Assembly: GCA_965140445.1 (NCBI GenBank)
Contig: OZ223236.1
Location: 160,001-224,000, forward strand
Length of the DNA stretch: 64,000 bases
Direction of reading: 5' to 3'
Origin: Candidatus Ozemobacteraceae bacterium
Lineage (GTDB): Bacteria > Muiribacteriota > Ozemobacteria > Ozemobacterales > Ozemobacteraceae
Shown: positions 1 through 10,686 of the stretch, piece by piece
Layout of the letters: every line of letters starts with the position of its first letter
How positions within the stretch are numbered: position 1 is the first letter of the stretch
The notes under the pieces: model-generated
What the model was told of the DNA's origin: nothing
The model's database searches: none
Seen by the model: only the letters and a program-made list of their open reading frames with translations
Position numbers and translations under genes: made by a program

Positions 1-923
1 GGAATTCCTACTTCAGTTAGATGAGAGAATTCTCCATAGGGTCCCGTGCTTCTATATAGCATTCTGTCGAAAATTCCACGGACCTTTACACCGCTTTTGT
101 GTTTTTTAATCAAAAGGTCTCTCAGGTCATCTGCTGTGAAAGCAAATTGCATAAAAAAGACTTCTTCTTTTGCATCTGCTATGGCTTGGGCAATCCTTTT
201 GTTTGGATTGTCTTCTGGAGCAAAATAAACTTCCATGTTAACGCCATCAACGCTTACAACCTGCTTTTTCTTATGCTTTGGTGAAGTTATACCAAATTGG
301 TGTTTTGAGTACATTTCCAGGAATTCTGCTCGATATATCTTTGCCAATGGAACAGAGGTGACCTGAATAGCATTATTTGGATTTCTATAGCTACAAGTAT
401 CAGTCAAATTATAGCTACCAGTCCAAACGGTGTTCTTATCTCTTATAGCAAATTTATTGTGCATAAGAGCTGATCTCATGTTGTCTTCAACAACGCTGAT
501 TCCAGCTTTCTTTATTCTTGCGACAAATGGATTCATTTCCAGTTTATCAAGTTTGGTAGGATCATTTACCGGATGTGGTGTTAAAGCATCGACATCATCC
601 TGAGTTGCCGGATCCGGCGGAAGGTAATAGTTATTACTGTCTACGACCAATTTCACCTTTACTCCGCGTTTTTTTGCACGAATAAACGCGTCAACAAATG
701 AATCTAAACGGATTTCAAAGAAAGCGCCTTCAATGCTCTCTTTTGCACCGTCAACAAACTTGATAAATTCATCATCAAGACCAACCTCTGCCGGGGTTGA
801 GGGGCCAAAACCCATCTTGATATTGGGAGAAACCTGCGTCATTGGTCTTGAGTTTGCCTCGGTTAGACCAACGCAGAATATTAAAGCAACAGATAATGCA
901 TATATATATTTTCGCATTTTCAT
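1..923 (-). CDS. Secreted phospholipase D-family (HKD) protein, truncated by the left window edge
   Basis: Not in the ORF track because no stop lies in the window. Manual translation from ATG 923 gives MKMRKYIYALSVALIFCVG (signal peptide), then HNKFAIRD...WTGSYNLT (HxKxxxxD plus GSxN), then the start of a second PLD domain (VYFAPED...FMQFAFT). Confidence 0.85.
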   Translation of the reverse strand, partial: MKMRKYIYALSVALIFCVGLTEANSRPMTQVSPNIKMGFGPSTPAEVGLDDEFIKFVDGAKESIEGAFFEIRLDSFVDAFIRAKKRGVKVKLVVDSNNYYLPPDPATQDDVDALTPHPVNDPTKLDKLEMNPFVARIKKAGISVVEDNMRSALMHNKFAIRDKNTVWTGSYNLTDTCSYRNPNNAIQVTSVPLAKIYRAEFLEMYSKHQFGITSPKHKKKQVVSVDGVNMEVYFAPEDNPNKRIAQAIADAKEEVFFMQFAFTADDLRDLLIKKHKSGVKVRGIFDRMLYRSTGPYGEFSHLTEVGI

Positions 924-1080
924 TCCTTCGCCTTGCTGTACATAGGTGTAAAGTTAAGTATAATGATGAAACAAAAAGCCGCAAGGATTTGGAACAAAAA
1001 ATCAAAAAAAATTTCAATAAGTCTGACTTTTTCAATTCGTTTATATGAAAAACTAAAGAGTCTTTGCGTTTGTCAGTGAC

Positions 1081-1121
1081 AAAAAAAAATGCGCTTTAAA
1101 CTTATTACAAAGCGCATTTTT
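1081..1121 (-). terminator. Rho-independent terminator after the 899-aa gene
   Basis: AAAAATGCGCTTT (1085-1097) pairs with AAAGCGCATTTTT (1109-1121); long U-tract on the minus strand. Confidence 0.8.
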
Positions 1122-1135
1122 AAGTTTCCGTTTTT

Positions 1136-3835
1136 TTACTTCTTTTCTTCTTTTTTTCCTGAAGATTTTTCCTCTTCTGGGAAAAGTTTAACGATCATTA
1201 CTATCAAAACAAGAGTAACAAGCAATAAAACAACATAAAGACCAATACCTTTTTCCCCAAAGGCCTCTTTAACTTGATTGGAAACACTTGATCCACCTGC
1301 ATGTGCTTCTACCTCTTTAAGTTGAACAGTTACTGGCTCGTTTTTCAACAGCTGATTTTTTATTAGCGCAATATCGTAGGATGGCTTCGCAGCACCAGAA
1401 TTTCCGCCATACAAGTAATATTGTCCTGCTGTGTCAGCTTGAAAAAAGATGTCCTGAGCTTTATAAAAAGCAACTGCGCCTGAAAATTCAATTGGACTAT
1501 TATCTCCATGAGGTACAACCGCCTGAAGCTCAGTTTCGCCTTCTGGCAAATTATACAAATTAATTGAGAAAACAGCTTTACCATTAGTCTTACTTTGAAA
1601 GCCCTCTTTCTTCCAGCTCTTCCATCCAAGTTTGCCTGGTTGTCGGAGTTTAATTTCAACTGTTCTCTGGAAGATTCCTGATGTGATCAGGTCAATTCTT
1701 TGCCATTTATTTGAGGCTCTGGGAAGCTTAAGAGAAACATAAGTAGTATTCTCACTTTTAACATACTCAGGTTTAGCTTCGATTTCTAAGGATCGGATCT
1801 CAGTGCTTCCAGCAAAAAATGGAACCTGGAAGTCATCCTTCACAATTCTAAATCCATCAGGATTATTATCCAGAGCCGCATCCTTGTTGAGTTTTAATCG
1901 AACCAATCCACCCTTTTCAAGTTCAAAAAGCGCTTTCCATTTATATCCGACCTCATTAAATGGTGCTCCCCTGATAGCACCTTCAGTTTTTATCCCTGTT
2001 ACATCAGCAGCAGACTGAAAGGCTTTAATATTGCCTGGATAGACTTTTGTAGGAGTAAGCTCATCAAAATACTGCTGAATTATCCCTAAGTCATATTTTG
2101 GCTTTCTGGAAGATGGATTGCCACCATAGAGACTATAGGAACCAGATTTTTGTGCGACAAAAAACATGTTTCGAGTGGAATAATAGCCTACGATTTCTTC
2201 GATTTCTAACGGCTGATTGCTGCCATTATTATAAACAATCCTAAAGTCGTTCTGGTCGCCAGGGAATCCGGCAAGGCTTACATATATTTTAGTTTCTCCG
2301 CTTTCACTATTTTTTGCAGAAAAAGTTCTCCAGGTCTGCCACCCGACCATTCCTGCCTGATGCTTTTCAATAGTTAGCTTGCGCTCAAATACTCCTCTTG
2401 CTTTAAGGAATAGAAATGCGGGTCTATTTTCTCCATCAGGTATTTTAGCATTCAAAGTGGAAGTGTTGGTCTGATTGTCATATTCTCTATCAAAAGCGAT
2501 TTTGATTTCTTTCAGTTCTTTCTGATCAAGAAAAAATGGGACCTGCATTCCATCTTTAACAATTCTAAAACCCTCAGAATCTCCAGATAGAATTGCTTTT
2601 TCATTCATACATAGCTTATAAAAGCCAGGATTTTTTATTTCCACTGGTGCCACCCAGGTAAAGCCATTTTCCTGAAATGGCCCCCCGCCAGGTTGCTGAT
2701 TTAAAGCAACAAAAGCCTCTCCCTGTTGTGAGTTTGTTTCAAATCCTGAAAAAACTTCAACATTAGCATACTGGTCTTTAAGTAGCTTTGGTCGCTGAGC
2801 AATTTCGGCTTTTTTATTTGCTCCGGTTAATAATTCGTAAGTTCCAGCTTGGTCTGCTACAAAACGTAATCTTGGCAATCTCAGATTTAATTTTACGGCA
2901 ACAATATCGCCAAAATAATTATTAGAAGACATTCTTATCGGAAGAAGCTGGTCTTGCCAGCATCGGTTTAGCTGTATTCTAAATCTTTGGGGATTATCCG
3001 CATCAGGTTTGGAATTTCCATTCAGAATTCCTTCAAAATGTCTCTCTCCAAGCTTAATTACTTCTCGGCCGACAGTCCATGTTCCTTCAAACAAAGCACC
3101 TGTAGTAACATCAACAGATTCAATCCAAATTCCTGACCCGGGAAGATTTACTCCCAATTCCAGCTTTTCATCTCTTAAATTTGTTTCAAAATCTGCGTTT
3201 ATTGAAACTCTCTCGAAGTCTTTTCCTGGGACTCCTGCCACTACAAATACTTTTTTTACAAAAACAGGAGCTGAAGAAAATGAAGAATCATACCCACTAA
3301 AGTATAATCTCAACCGGGAAAACTTTGCAGCAGGAGCCAAATGAATCAAAGCTTCTCCGCCAATTTGAACGGGCTGAATTGCCACATTTTTTTCAATTGT
3401 TTTCCACTGATTGTCTGCAAAAACTTCAAAATCTACTTTACCAACAAGGCCGGCAACCGTAGTTCTAATTTGTGAGACAGCTAAATCGCCACTGATTTGC
3501 CCTTCCCACATCAAGCGCTTATCATCCAGCAGCTTTACCTGGGAAGAGTTTAAGCTAATTTCCTGAGCATCCGCCCCCTCTCGCCAGAAAAGCTCAAAAG
3601 CCCTGGGATTTTTATCCGGTGCAACCAGATTTAAATCCAGATCGATTCCATTTCCTTCGAACCTATCCGGAAGTAAACGGTGCATTTGTGCCGGGAGAAC
3701 AAGTTCTACAGTTCCAGTGCTGTTTACTGCTACAGCCCCTCTTTTTATCCAGTAGTCCGCTGCCTGAATGGAATTAGCAAAGATCAAAAGAAGCAACACA
3801 AGCAGCCAAAGTTTTTTGCTCTTATTTTCAGACAT
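1136..3835 (-). CDS. Exported, C-terminally anchored protein with three DUF3999-like modules
   Basis: Signal peptide, repeated modules ending F.A...G.Y.L.(Y)GGN....P.YD, C-terminal TM helix and charged tail. Lies directly downstream of a DUF2339 gene, the usual DUF3999 context. Confidence 0.6.
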   Translation of the reverse strand: MSENKSKKLWLLVLLLLIFANSIQAADYWIKRGAVAVNSTGTVELVLPAQMHRLLPDRFEGNGIDLDLNLVAPDKNPRAFELFWREGADAQEISLNSSQVKLLDDKRLMWEGQISGDLAVSQIRTTVAGLVGKVDFEVFADNQWKTIEKNVAIQPVQIGGEALIHLAPAAKFSRLRLYFSGYDSSFSSAPVFVKKVFVVAGVPGKDFERVSINADFETNLRDEKLELGVNLPGSGIWIESVDVTTGALFEGTWTVGREVIKLGERHFEGILNGNSKPDADNPQRFRIQLNRCWQDQLLPIRMSSNNYFGDIVAVKLNLRLPRLRFVADQAGTYELLTGANKKAEIAQRPKLLKDQYANVEVFSGFETNSQQGEAFVALNQQPGGGPFQENGFTWVAPVEIKNPGFYKLCMNEKAILSGDSEGFRIVKDGMQVPFFLDQKELKEIKIAFDREYDNQTNTSTLNAKIPDGENRPAFLFLKARGVFERKLTIEKHQAGMVGWQTWRTFSAKNSESGETKIYVSLAGFPGDQNDFRIVYNNGSNQPLEIEEIVGYYSTRNMFFVAQKSGSYSLYGGNPSSRKPKYDLGIIQQYFDELTPTKVYPGNIKAFQSAADVTGIKTEGAIRGAPFNEVGYKWKALFELEKGGLVRLKLNKDAALDNNPDGFRIVKDDFQVPFFAGSTEIRSLEIEAKPEYVKSENTTYVSLKLPRASNKWQRIDLITSGIFQRTVEIKLRQPGKLGWKSWKKEGFQSKTNGKAVFSINLYNLPEGETELQAVVPHGDNSPIEFSGAVAFYKAQDIFFQADTAGQYYLYGGNSGAAKPSYDIALIKNQLLKNEPVTVQLKEVEAHAGGSSVSNQVKEAFGEKGIGLYVVLLLVTLVLIVMIVKLFPEEEKSSGKKEEKK

Positions 3836-3836
3836 A

Positions 3837-6800
3837 TTAATTTTCTCCAGTTTTTGTCAGGAATCTCTGGTAGAGGTAGGAAACAAGCATCAAAACTATT
3901 GCCAGTCCGACAAAGGAGGCAACTCTATACAGCTGACCTAGCGACCAGAGATCCTTAAAGAATATTTTACAAGAAGTTACTATTATGAGTATTAAAGCAG
4001 CTTGTCTGGCTCTAACAACTTTCCAGCGAATTCCTGAAGCCAACATTGCAATAGCGTAGATTAGCCAACCAAGGCTATATCCCAACTGATGGGACAGGTC
4101 TCCATGGGTAAGAAGGCTAAAGCTTTGCCCTTTTTGCCCAAAAACGCTGGCAATTTCAATATTCATAATTGCAAAAGTCATCAGAGAAAGAATTAACGCC
4201 CAAAAAGAGTTCTGTTTAAATGAATCAACCGGCCAGGTATCATCTTCCTTCCTTTTAGTCATCCAGATCAAAACCCCAATACAAACTATGAACAAAGCGG
4301 TTGGTTTATTTAGAATCGGGGACATAGCACCAAACTCAGCACTGAACTTGAATGGAAACAAAACCACCCTCATAAATGCCAGCATTACAAGGATTAATCC
4401 ACCAAGTCTAAATGGTTTATCCAGTCTTTTTGGCCAGAGGAGCATAGCGAGCCCATAAATAATCCAGCCGAAAATTGATGCAACAGCCATATTGGCAGTT
4501 TTTTCTCTGAATAACTCAAGAGGCATACCCGCCTGGAACAAAGTTGATTTAACAAGTTTTAAACATAACAAACCAGTCAGCAAAAGAATGGCCAGAAAGA
4601 CATTCTTCAAAGTTAAATGCTTTTCCTGCCATGGTTCTTTCAAAAACAGAAACAACAAAACTCCCATAATTGGAAGATAGGCAAGTAAGCCAAGGTTGAA
4701 AACAGGTCCCATCTTAGCAACTTCATGTCCATGAAGGAACGGGAACATTAACAACCAAGCTGAGGATATAAACACCAGAGCAACTCCAACCCACCTCATT
4801 ACAGTCGAAGCTCTCTCTGTTCTCCACAAAACGGCTCCAAAAATAGCCCAAAGAGTAGTATAAGCCATGTATTGCAACAGGTTGCCGTTTGGCAGAAAAT
4901 TTAATGAATTTGCAGTTTGCACTTTGGATCCGGCAAAAATATCGGCAACAATAAGGTTTACCAGATAAAAGCCAGCACCAACTGCCAGCCATTGAAAAAC
5001 TTTGTAAATATTGACTGCGCCAATTCTTTCATCCGGGTAAGGAGACAGCTTAGCAGCCAAGGCAAGGGCAGCAACCGCCAGAGTCATAGACAAAACAGCA
5101 GGATTCAAAACAACAATGCTATCTGGTCCCTTCATTTGCCCCATAAATGAAATTAAATAAAACAGGCCAATTGGAGACATGAAAAGGGAAACCCATCGAA
5201 GGCCCGGGTGTTCAATCCTTCTATTTAACCAAAGTAAAGCCGTACCTTCAAGGACGAGCACAAGGCCCAGCCAGCCTTTTTCCAGCAGCAGCAGCGGAAC
5301 AGAGGAAGCGTAAAACAACAAAACACCACCATGACAGGCTATAATACTGTTTCTTTCTTCGGTTCCTTCTAATTTTTTAAGTAGTGTTGCTACAATTGGC
5401 ATTTTGATCAAAACCAAAACTAATGGCAACCAGCCTGAAATTTCTCTAGGCCAGATATGATCTGCAGCAAATATTAAATAAATTGCCTGAAATGCTTCAA
5501 AAATTGCAAAACCCATCCATAGCTTGCGCCACTTCTTTAAATCAGAGAAAAAGGCAAAGGGAACGGCTAAAGCAATTACAAAGAAAGCAGTTGCCCATGC
5601 CAGAGCAGACAAGTGAAGAGTCTGTGTAAGACCTGCTTTGAGCATCCAGAAACCCTGGGAAAAAACAGCAGAAAAAATGGTAACAACTCCCATGTTCTGA
5701 TAGCCAAGTTTTTTGGTTAAGACCAGAGCTATTGCGGCAAAACATGCGATAGTAAGCATCCCTGGATGCGGATTAAGCGGGGCTACCTTGAGGAAGGTTG
5801 CAGCAATCAAAAGAAAAATTCCGGAAATAGGCGCTGCCGCCATCCACTGAGTAAGACTATCAGAATCCTTTAATTCCTTATCAGGTTTAGGAATTCCAAG
5901 ACTCTGAGCTATATCTGCTCCTTTGTGGAGCAAATAGAATACTGCCAAACAAATTAGCGCACCGGATAAAAGAATAAAACCAAAAAAGATTGGGCCTAAC
6001 ACTATTGCCGTTGCGGAATTAATCCAGGTTAATCCGCAGATAAGCATTATTAAGGCAAGAATTCCAACCTGAAAAATGGCTCCAAAAAGAAGGCTCAGAA
6101 TTATACCGACTATTTGGATTCCCATTGTCATTGGCCAGAAAAGGAAGGAAGCCTGTGGATTTACAATTATTGCAATCAAGCCAAGAATTCCCATTGCTAC
6201 GGGGAAAACCTTAAACCACTTTAAATAGTAATCGTTGATTCCATGATGGCGAATTACCCAAAGAGGTCCTACTCCAGCTGCAAGGCCATAAATAAAATAT
6301 AGCAGGAAAGCCCAATTATCGATTTGACCGTTAAATCTGGTAAGTGTCCAAAAGATTGCCACAGCAAAGGTTATTGTTGAAAATGACAGCAAACTACCTT
6401 GATATGGCGCATTTCTGATAGCCAAAACCGTAGCACAAACAACTGAGACAGTCAGCATTAATAATGGTTTGCTTCCTGAGAAAGTAACTGTAACCCAAAC
6501 AGACATTATTGCCATCATCAAAAAGGAAGAGCTAGCGGTCCAGGCGGCGGATCTGCTTGTTGCTGGCTGAAATTTTAACCGATCAATAAAAATCGTAAAT
6601 AAAATCAAATTGGCCGACCAGGCTATTGCAATCTGCCCGACTCCAGGGTCAGGATTGGAAAGCAAAGTCGCCGCGAAAAGAGAAACCATCGTTCCGATAT
6701 TCCCAAAAAGCAGCAGAGGAGAAGATGACAATCTTTTTATAACCTGATACAACCCAATATTAACGATTGCAAGATAGATAAATAGCGTGACAAGGTTTCC

Positions 6801-7865
6801 CGAGCCGGTATTCACCAGAAGCGGAGTCAAATATGCGCCTATCGCGCCAAGGACTGAGATAGAAACTCCCTGATGGAAGACAGAAAGCACAAAAGCAGCG
6901 GCAGAAACAACCACAAGGCAAGCAAATCCCGCAGGTTTAGGTAAATACTCGTAATACAGAGTGGCTGCAAAGAAAACCGAGTATAAAACCCCAATCCCGC
7001 CAGATGCAAATGTCTGACGCATAATGTCATATCTGACGCGTTCAAACCATCCAGAGGCACCAATCATCCCCAACCCGACTAATGCGCCAATAACAAGCCT
7101 TAAAACGGGGGAAATGAGGTTTTTATCAATTGAATATTTTACAAAAAATCCGGCTCCAATGAAAAGAGCGATTCCACCAAGCCACGCGAACAACTTTGTT
7201 CCAGTAAATTGTTCCCAATCAACGGTTTCGAAAAATTGGCGAAACTTATCGGATAATGAAGGGGTTTCAGGCGGCGGCGGCGGAGGAGGTGGCGGTGGCG
7301 GAAAATCCCCGGATCTTCCAGAGGTTTCGGTTTCAGCAACCTCACCAGGACCTTCTTCAGCTTTTTCAATGTTCTCGAAATTCCGGGAGTTTGCTTCGTT
7401 CTTCTTCCCGACTTTGCTCCATGCGTACTCTGGCTTTGCTTCTTCTTTTGTCGGTTTTGAAGCTTCCTGGTCTTCATCCAGACTTTTAAAAGTAACTTCA
7501 ACAGGTAACTCTGGAGGTAATTCTGTAGATGAAGGAGCAACTTTCAGCTTTTTTTCAGGGTCATCAATGGTTTCGATTTTCTTTTTAATTTTCTCTGTCA
7601 GGGTCGGTTTTTCAGAGTCTTTTATACTAATTTTTTCTGCTTTTTCTTCGCTTGAGATTGGTGGTTCAGTTAAACGACCATCATCAATCTTCTCAAGACT
7701 TCTGACTTCTTTAAGTTCTTTTTCCAGTCTCCGTTGCCGGGTTTCCAGAATTTGATTCTTTAATTCAAGCTGATCAACTTTTTCTTCAAAATCTGCTTTA
7801 AGTTCAGCAATCCGTCGGTATGAAACAAATACGGCAAAAGCCAGTACCAGAAACCAGAATCCCAT
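3837..7865 (-). CDS. DUF2339 family polytopic membrane protein
   Basis: N-terminal TM, coiled coil and Pro/Glu-rich linker. WEQFTGTKLFAWLGGIALFIGAGFFVKYS start motif and KIFFKDLWSLGQLYRVASFVGLAIVLMLVSYLYQR end motif, both typical of DUF2339. More than 25 hydrophobic segments. Confidence 0.85.
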   Translation of the reverse strand: MGFWFLVLAFAVFVSYRRIAELKADFEEKVDQLELKNQILETRQRRLEKELKEVRSLEKIDDGRLTEPPISSEEKAEKISIKDSEKPTLTEKIKKKIETIDDPEKKLKVAPSSTELPPELPVEVTFKSLDEDQEASKPTKEEAKPEYAWSKVGKKNEANSRNFENIEKAEEGPGEVAETETSGRSGDFPPPPPPPPPPPETPSLSDKFRQFFETVDWEQFTGTKLFAWLGGIALFIGAGFFVKYSIDKNLISPVLRLVIGALVGLGMIGASGWFERVRYDIMRQTFASGGIGVLYSVFFAATLYYEYLPKPAGFACLVVVSAAAFVLSVFHQGVSISVLGAIGAYLTPLLVNTGSGNLVTLFIYLAIVNIGLYQVIKRLSSSPLLLFGNIGTMVSLFAATLLSNPDPGVGQIAIAWSANLILFTIFIDRLKFQPATSRSAAWTASSSFLMMAIMSVWVTVTFSGSKPLLMLTVSVVCATVLAIRNAPYQGSLLSFSTITFAVAIFWTLTRFNGQIDNWAFLLYFIYGLAAGVGPLWVIRHHGINDYYLKWFKVFPVAMGILGLIAIIVNPQASFLFWPMTMGIQIVGIILSLLFGAIFQVGILALIMLICGLTWINSATAIVLGPIFFGFILLSGALICLAVFYLLHKGADIAQSLGIPKPDKELKDSDSLTQWMAAAPISGIFLLIAATFLKVAPLNPHPGMLTIACFAAIALVLTKKLGYQNMGVVTIFSAVFSQGFWMLKAGLTQTLHLSALAWATAFFVIALAVPFAFFSDLKKWRKLWMGFAIFEAFQAIYLIFAADHIWPREISGWLPLVLVLIKMPIVATLLKKLEGTEERNSIIACHGGVLLFYASSVPLLLLEKGWLGLVLVLEGTALLWLNRRIEHPGLRWVSLFMSPIGLFYLISFMGQMKGPDSIVVLNPAVLSMTLAVAALALAAKLSPYPDERIGAVNIYKVFQWLAVGAGFYLVNLIVADIFAGSKVQTANSLNFLPNGNLLQYMAYTTLWAIFGAVLWRTERASTVMRWVGVALVFISSAWLLMFPFLHGHEVAKMGPVFNLGLLAYLPIMGVLLFLFLKEPWQEKHLTLKNVFLAILLLTGLLCLKLVKSTLFQAGMPLELFREKTANMAVASIFGWIIYGLAMLLWPKRLDKPFRLGGLILVMLAFMRVVLFPFKFSAEFGAMSPILNKPTALFIVCIGVLIWMTKRKEDDTWPVDSFKQNSFWALILSLMTFAIMNIEIASVFGQKGQSFSLLTHGDLSHQLGYSLGWLIYAIAMLASGIRWKVVRARQAALILIIVTSCKIFFKDLWSLGQLYRVASFVGLAIVLMLVSYLYQRFLTKTGEN
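7269..7301 (-). repeat. Poly-proline run (11 Pro codons) in the DUF2339 linker
   Basis: GC-rich CCN x11 tract in an AT-rich gene, translating as DFPPPPPPPPPPPE. Confidence 0.9.
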
Positions 7866-8103
7866 AAGTCCCTCGTCTCCTAGACCCTATTTTTCACTAT
7901 TTTACCTGCAAAAAATACATTAAGCCAGCTTTTAGTTTTAGAGATTATTGTCTAACAGTGCTTTTATGATGCTTTATGTGAAAGGTTTGGGTCAGACATC
8001 CCCTTAAAGAAGCGTCATCAAAGCAAAAGTCAGGTTTCAAGTCGATACACGCTTGTCTTAACTGCACACGCCGGCCTATTTAAACTCTATACCTGGAAAT
8101 CTG

Positions 8104-8157
8104 AAAAGGGCTCCATGGTTTTGCCTGTTTAGTTAACAGAAAAAACCATGAAAAGCC
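8104..8157 (-). terminator. Probable terminator after the MCP gene
   Basis: CATGGTTTT (8114-8122) pairs with AAAACCATG (8142-8150) in an imperfect long hairpin; short U-tract on the minus strand. Confidence 0.5.
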
Positions 8158-8179
8158 AATTCCAATATTGACTTACAAG

Positions 8180-9799
8180 CTATTCTTTTAATTTAAACCG
8201 AGCCAGGGTCTGATGAAGCAATCTCGCTTCCGAGGATAACTCTTCCGCTGCCGAAGAAATTTCTTCAGAATTTGCAGTATTTTGCTGGGTAACATTGTCA
8301 ATCTGGTTTAAACCAGTACTGACTTCGGCAATCCATCTAGCTTGAGCATTACTTGCAGATGCAATTTCACCAATAATATCAGCCGCTTTTGACACTCCCG
8401 TAACGATTTCACTCAGAGCTTTTGCCGTGTAGCCGGCAACTTTAGTTCCATTGTCTACCTTTGATAAAGAAGTCTGAATGAATTCGGCAGTTTCTTTTGC
8501 AGCTTTTGAGCTTCTACCTGCAAGATTTCTAACCTCATCAGCAACTACAGCAAAACCTTTGCCGTGCCTACCGGCTCTTGCTGCTTCTACCGCTGCATTA
8601 AGTGCGAGTAAATTTGTTTGAAAAGCGATATCTTCGATTACTCTAATAATGCTGGCAATACTATGACTGGATTTATTAATGTCATCCATAGCTTTAACCA
8701 TATCACTCATGTGAGCGCTACCGTTTTCCGCATCTGTCTTAGCTTTGCTGGTCAACGTGTTTGCCAATTGAGCATTTTCAGCATTGTTTCTAGAGCGAGA
8801 ATCAATATCAACAATGGTGGACGAAATCTCCTGTAAAGAAGCGGCTGCAACCGTAGCAGAATTAGAAAGTTGTGAGCTGGCTTCATCAACACTTGCGGCT
8901 CCAGAATTAACCTGCATAGCAATATCGTTAATTGTCTTGAGTTCTTCGTTCATTTGCTCGACCATAGTTTGTAGAGCAATGGAAAATTTATCATTATCAG
9001 AACGGATACTTACACTTTGGTCCCAGTCACCTGAAGCAATGTTTGTGAGAAGTTCTGCCTGCTGTCTTTGAGAGTCAACAAGCTCCTGGACAGCCCTGGC
9101 CAATTGGCCAATTTCATCGCCACGCCCAAGATACTCTTCCGGAACATTTACTGATAAATCTCCTTTCTCCGCGACATCAGTTAAAAGATTAACTCCGTTG
9201 AGAATAGGCCTGGTTATCTGTAAAACATTTATCATTGATAAGGCAACAAGAAGAATTACAACAATTACGAAAATCAGAATCACCCTATTTCTGATTTGTT
9301 TTGTTTGCTTGTCTATCTCGTTTGCCGTTTCCTCAGCTGCAATTTTTTCATCGGTTACTTTTTTATCCAGCCACTTATTTAATTCCTGAACCGGATTGTC
9401 TTTTTGGGAAATCCATTCTGCGGCATCGTAGGAATTGTTTTCCTTTAGTCTTTTCATTCCAGCATTCATGAACTCTATCAGCTGGTCCTTTTTTTCTTTT
9501 ACTATACCTATATTCAGCTTTGAGAATGAATCAAGGCTTTGGGTCATCGAAGCTATTATTGGGTCCGGAGATTCCCCCAACATAATCTGAACTATTGCTT
9601 TCTGGTAATTTTCTATTGTTTCTTGGAATAAAACGCTTCCCTGAAAAAATAAGGACATTCGAGAACTACGTTCTCTACCGGATTTAATGGCTGATTGCTG
9701 AGTATCAGCCAAATGAAAGCCAAGCAGGCCAATAAAAATACAACCGGCAACCGCAAGAAAAGTCCATAGCCAAAAACGCCTAGCTACAGTTAATTTCAT
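8180..9799 (-). CDS. Methyl-accepting chemotaxis protein (TM-helical sensor-TM-HAMPs-MA)
   Basis: [37 protein letters not shown] hairpin-tip motif; HAMP motif DEIGQLARA. Confidence 0.95.
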   Translation of the reverse strand: MKLTVARRFWLWTFLAVAGCIFIGLLGFHLADTQQSAIKSGRERSSRMSLFFQGSVLFQETIENYQKAIVQIMLGESPDPIIASMTQSLDSFSKLNIGIVKEKKDQLIEFMNAGMKRLKENNSYDAAEWISQKDNPVQELNKWLDKKVTDEKIAAEETANEIDKQTKQIRNRVILIFVIVVILLVALSMINVLQITRPILNGVNLLTDVAEKGDLSVNVPEEYLGRGDEIGQLARAVQELVDSQRQQAELLTNIASGDWDQSVSIRSDNDKFSIALQTMVEQMNEELKTINDIAMQVNSGAASVDEASSQLSNSATVAAASLQEISSTIVDIDSRSRNNAENAQLANTLTSKAKTDAENGSAHMSDMVKAMDDINKSSHSIASIIRVIEDIAFQTNLLALNAAVEAARAGRHGKGFAVVADEVRNLAGRSSKAAKETAEFIQTSLSKVDNGTKVAGYTAKALSEIVTGVSKAADIIGEIASASNAQARWIAEVSTGLNQIDNVTQQNTANSEEISSAAEELSSEARLLHQTLARFKLKE

Positions 9800-9872
9800 G
9801 TTTTTCTCCTAAAGCTTTTACTCTTATGTTGCCACTTATAGTTTCATCTATTCCCTGACACATTAGAGATAG

Positions 9873-9908
9873 AAAAACAGAACTGGCAATTTGTCATTGC
9901 CAGTTCTG
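9873..9908 (-). terminator. Rho-independent terminator after the Cache gene
   Basis: Perfect 13-bp stem CAGAACTGGCAAT / ATTGCCAGTTCTG followed by U5 on the minus strand. Confidence 0.8.
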
Positions 9909-9961
9909 ATATTATTTACGTAATTTCATACTTCTTCTTTTGGGTACATCTGCAAAACAAC

Positions 9962-10453
9962 CTATTTTTCTTTATACATTCCGCAAACTAGAATGTAATC
10001 TTTTCCATCGCTAGCCTTTACAGACATATAATAGGCTGTCTTATCAAAAATGCCTTTTTCACCTGGTTTCTGATAAGAGTAATCAACCCAACCACTCTGA
10101 TTGGCGGCTGCTCCACTCACAATCTCATCTCTGAATTTCTTGCCCTTAACATCGGGTTTTCCTTTAAAGTTCTTACCTACAAGACTACTTTTTGGGTGAG
10201 CAATCATGTTTACTTCACCATCATAAATGAACACATAAAGAGATGGATTATCTTTATTAACAAAAGGGTGCTCACTTGCATTTATCTTTGCAATAGTCCC
10301 AGGAGCATCTTTTTTCATAGCTTCAGCAGTCATTTCAACGCTGGCAAGAACTTCTTCTTTAGTTATAACCTTATTTTCAGCAATACTTGCAGAAGAAAAA
10401 ACAACCATAAAAACCAATACTAACGCTAACAGACCCCTAAAACTACATTTCAT
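9962..10453 (-). CDS. Stand-alone secreted single Cache domain protein
   Basis: Signal peptide; YVFIYD...MIAHP...LVGKN...D.KGK.F...GWVDY...KP...K.AY is the sCache_2 pattern. Start set at ATG 10453 after a GAGGTG RBS. Confidence 0.85.
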   Translation of the reverse strand: MKCSFRGLLALVLVFMVVFSSASIAENKVITKEEVLASVEMTAEAMKKDAPGTIAKINASEHPFVNKDNPSLYVFIYDGEVNMIAHPKSSLVGKNFKGKPDVKGKKFRDEIVSGAAANQSGWVDYSYQKPGEKGIFDKTAYYMSVKASDGKDYILVCGMYKEK

Positions 10454-10596
10454 ACAACACCTCATTTTTTTTGAAATTTTAACATAAATTCATCAAAGTT
10501 CCAGTGTTAATTTACTATAACTTTTTTAATTTTATCCTGTCACACAAACGATGCAATTCTCTGAATATGCTTAGCATTTCTTTACCTTTCTTAATG

Positions 10597-10623
10597 CAAA
10601 ATCCCTTACTTAAATCCCGATAA
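10597..10623 (+). promoter_or_regulatory. Candidate sigma28 (FliA/SigD) promoter
   Basis: CAAA-N15-CCCGATAA versus consensus TAAA-N15-GCCGATAA, upstream of the EF-hand gene. Confidence 0.55.
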
Positions 10624-10686
10624 ATTAATTGTGGGCAATTGGTTTTGCCTTCTTTACATCAGAAATCCAAAATTAAGGAGCAAATT

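Noticed and set aside
1..923. PLD gene as an anti-phage nuclease
   Set aside because: It has a signal peptide and no helicase or methylase neighbours in view; the gene is incomplete.
7024..7755. 243-aa plus-strand ORF with poly-Gly
   Set aside because: Antisense shadow of the DUF2339 linker; the Gly run mirrors the Pro run.
7866..8179. Possible riboswitch or sRNA upstream of DUF2339
   Set aside because: No recognisable aptamer motif; only a terminator-like hairpin.
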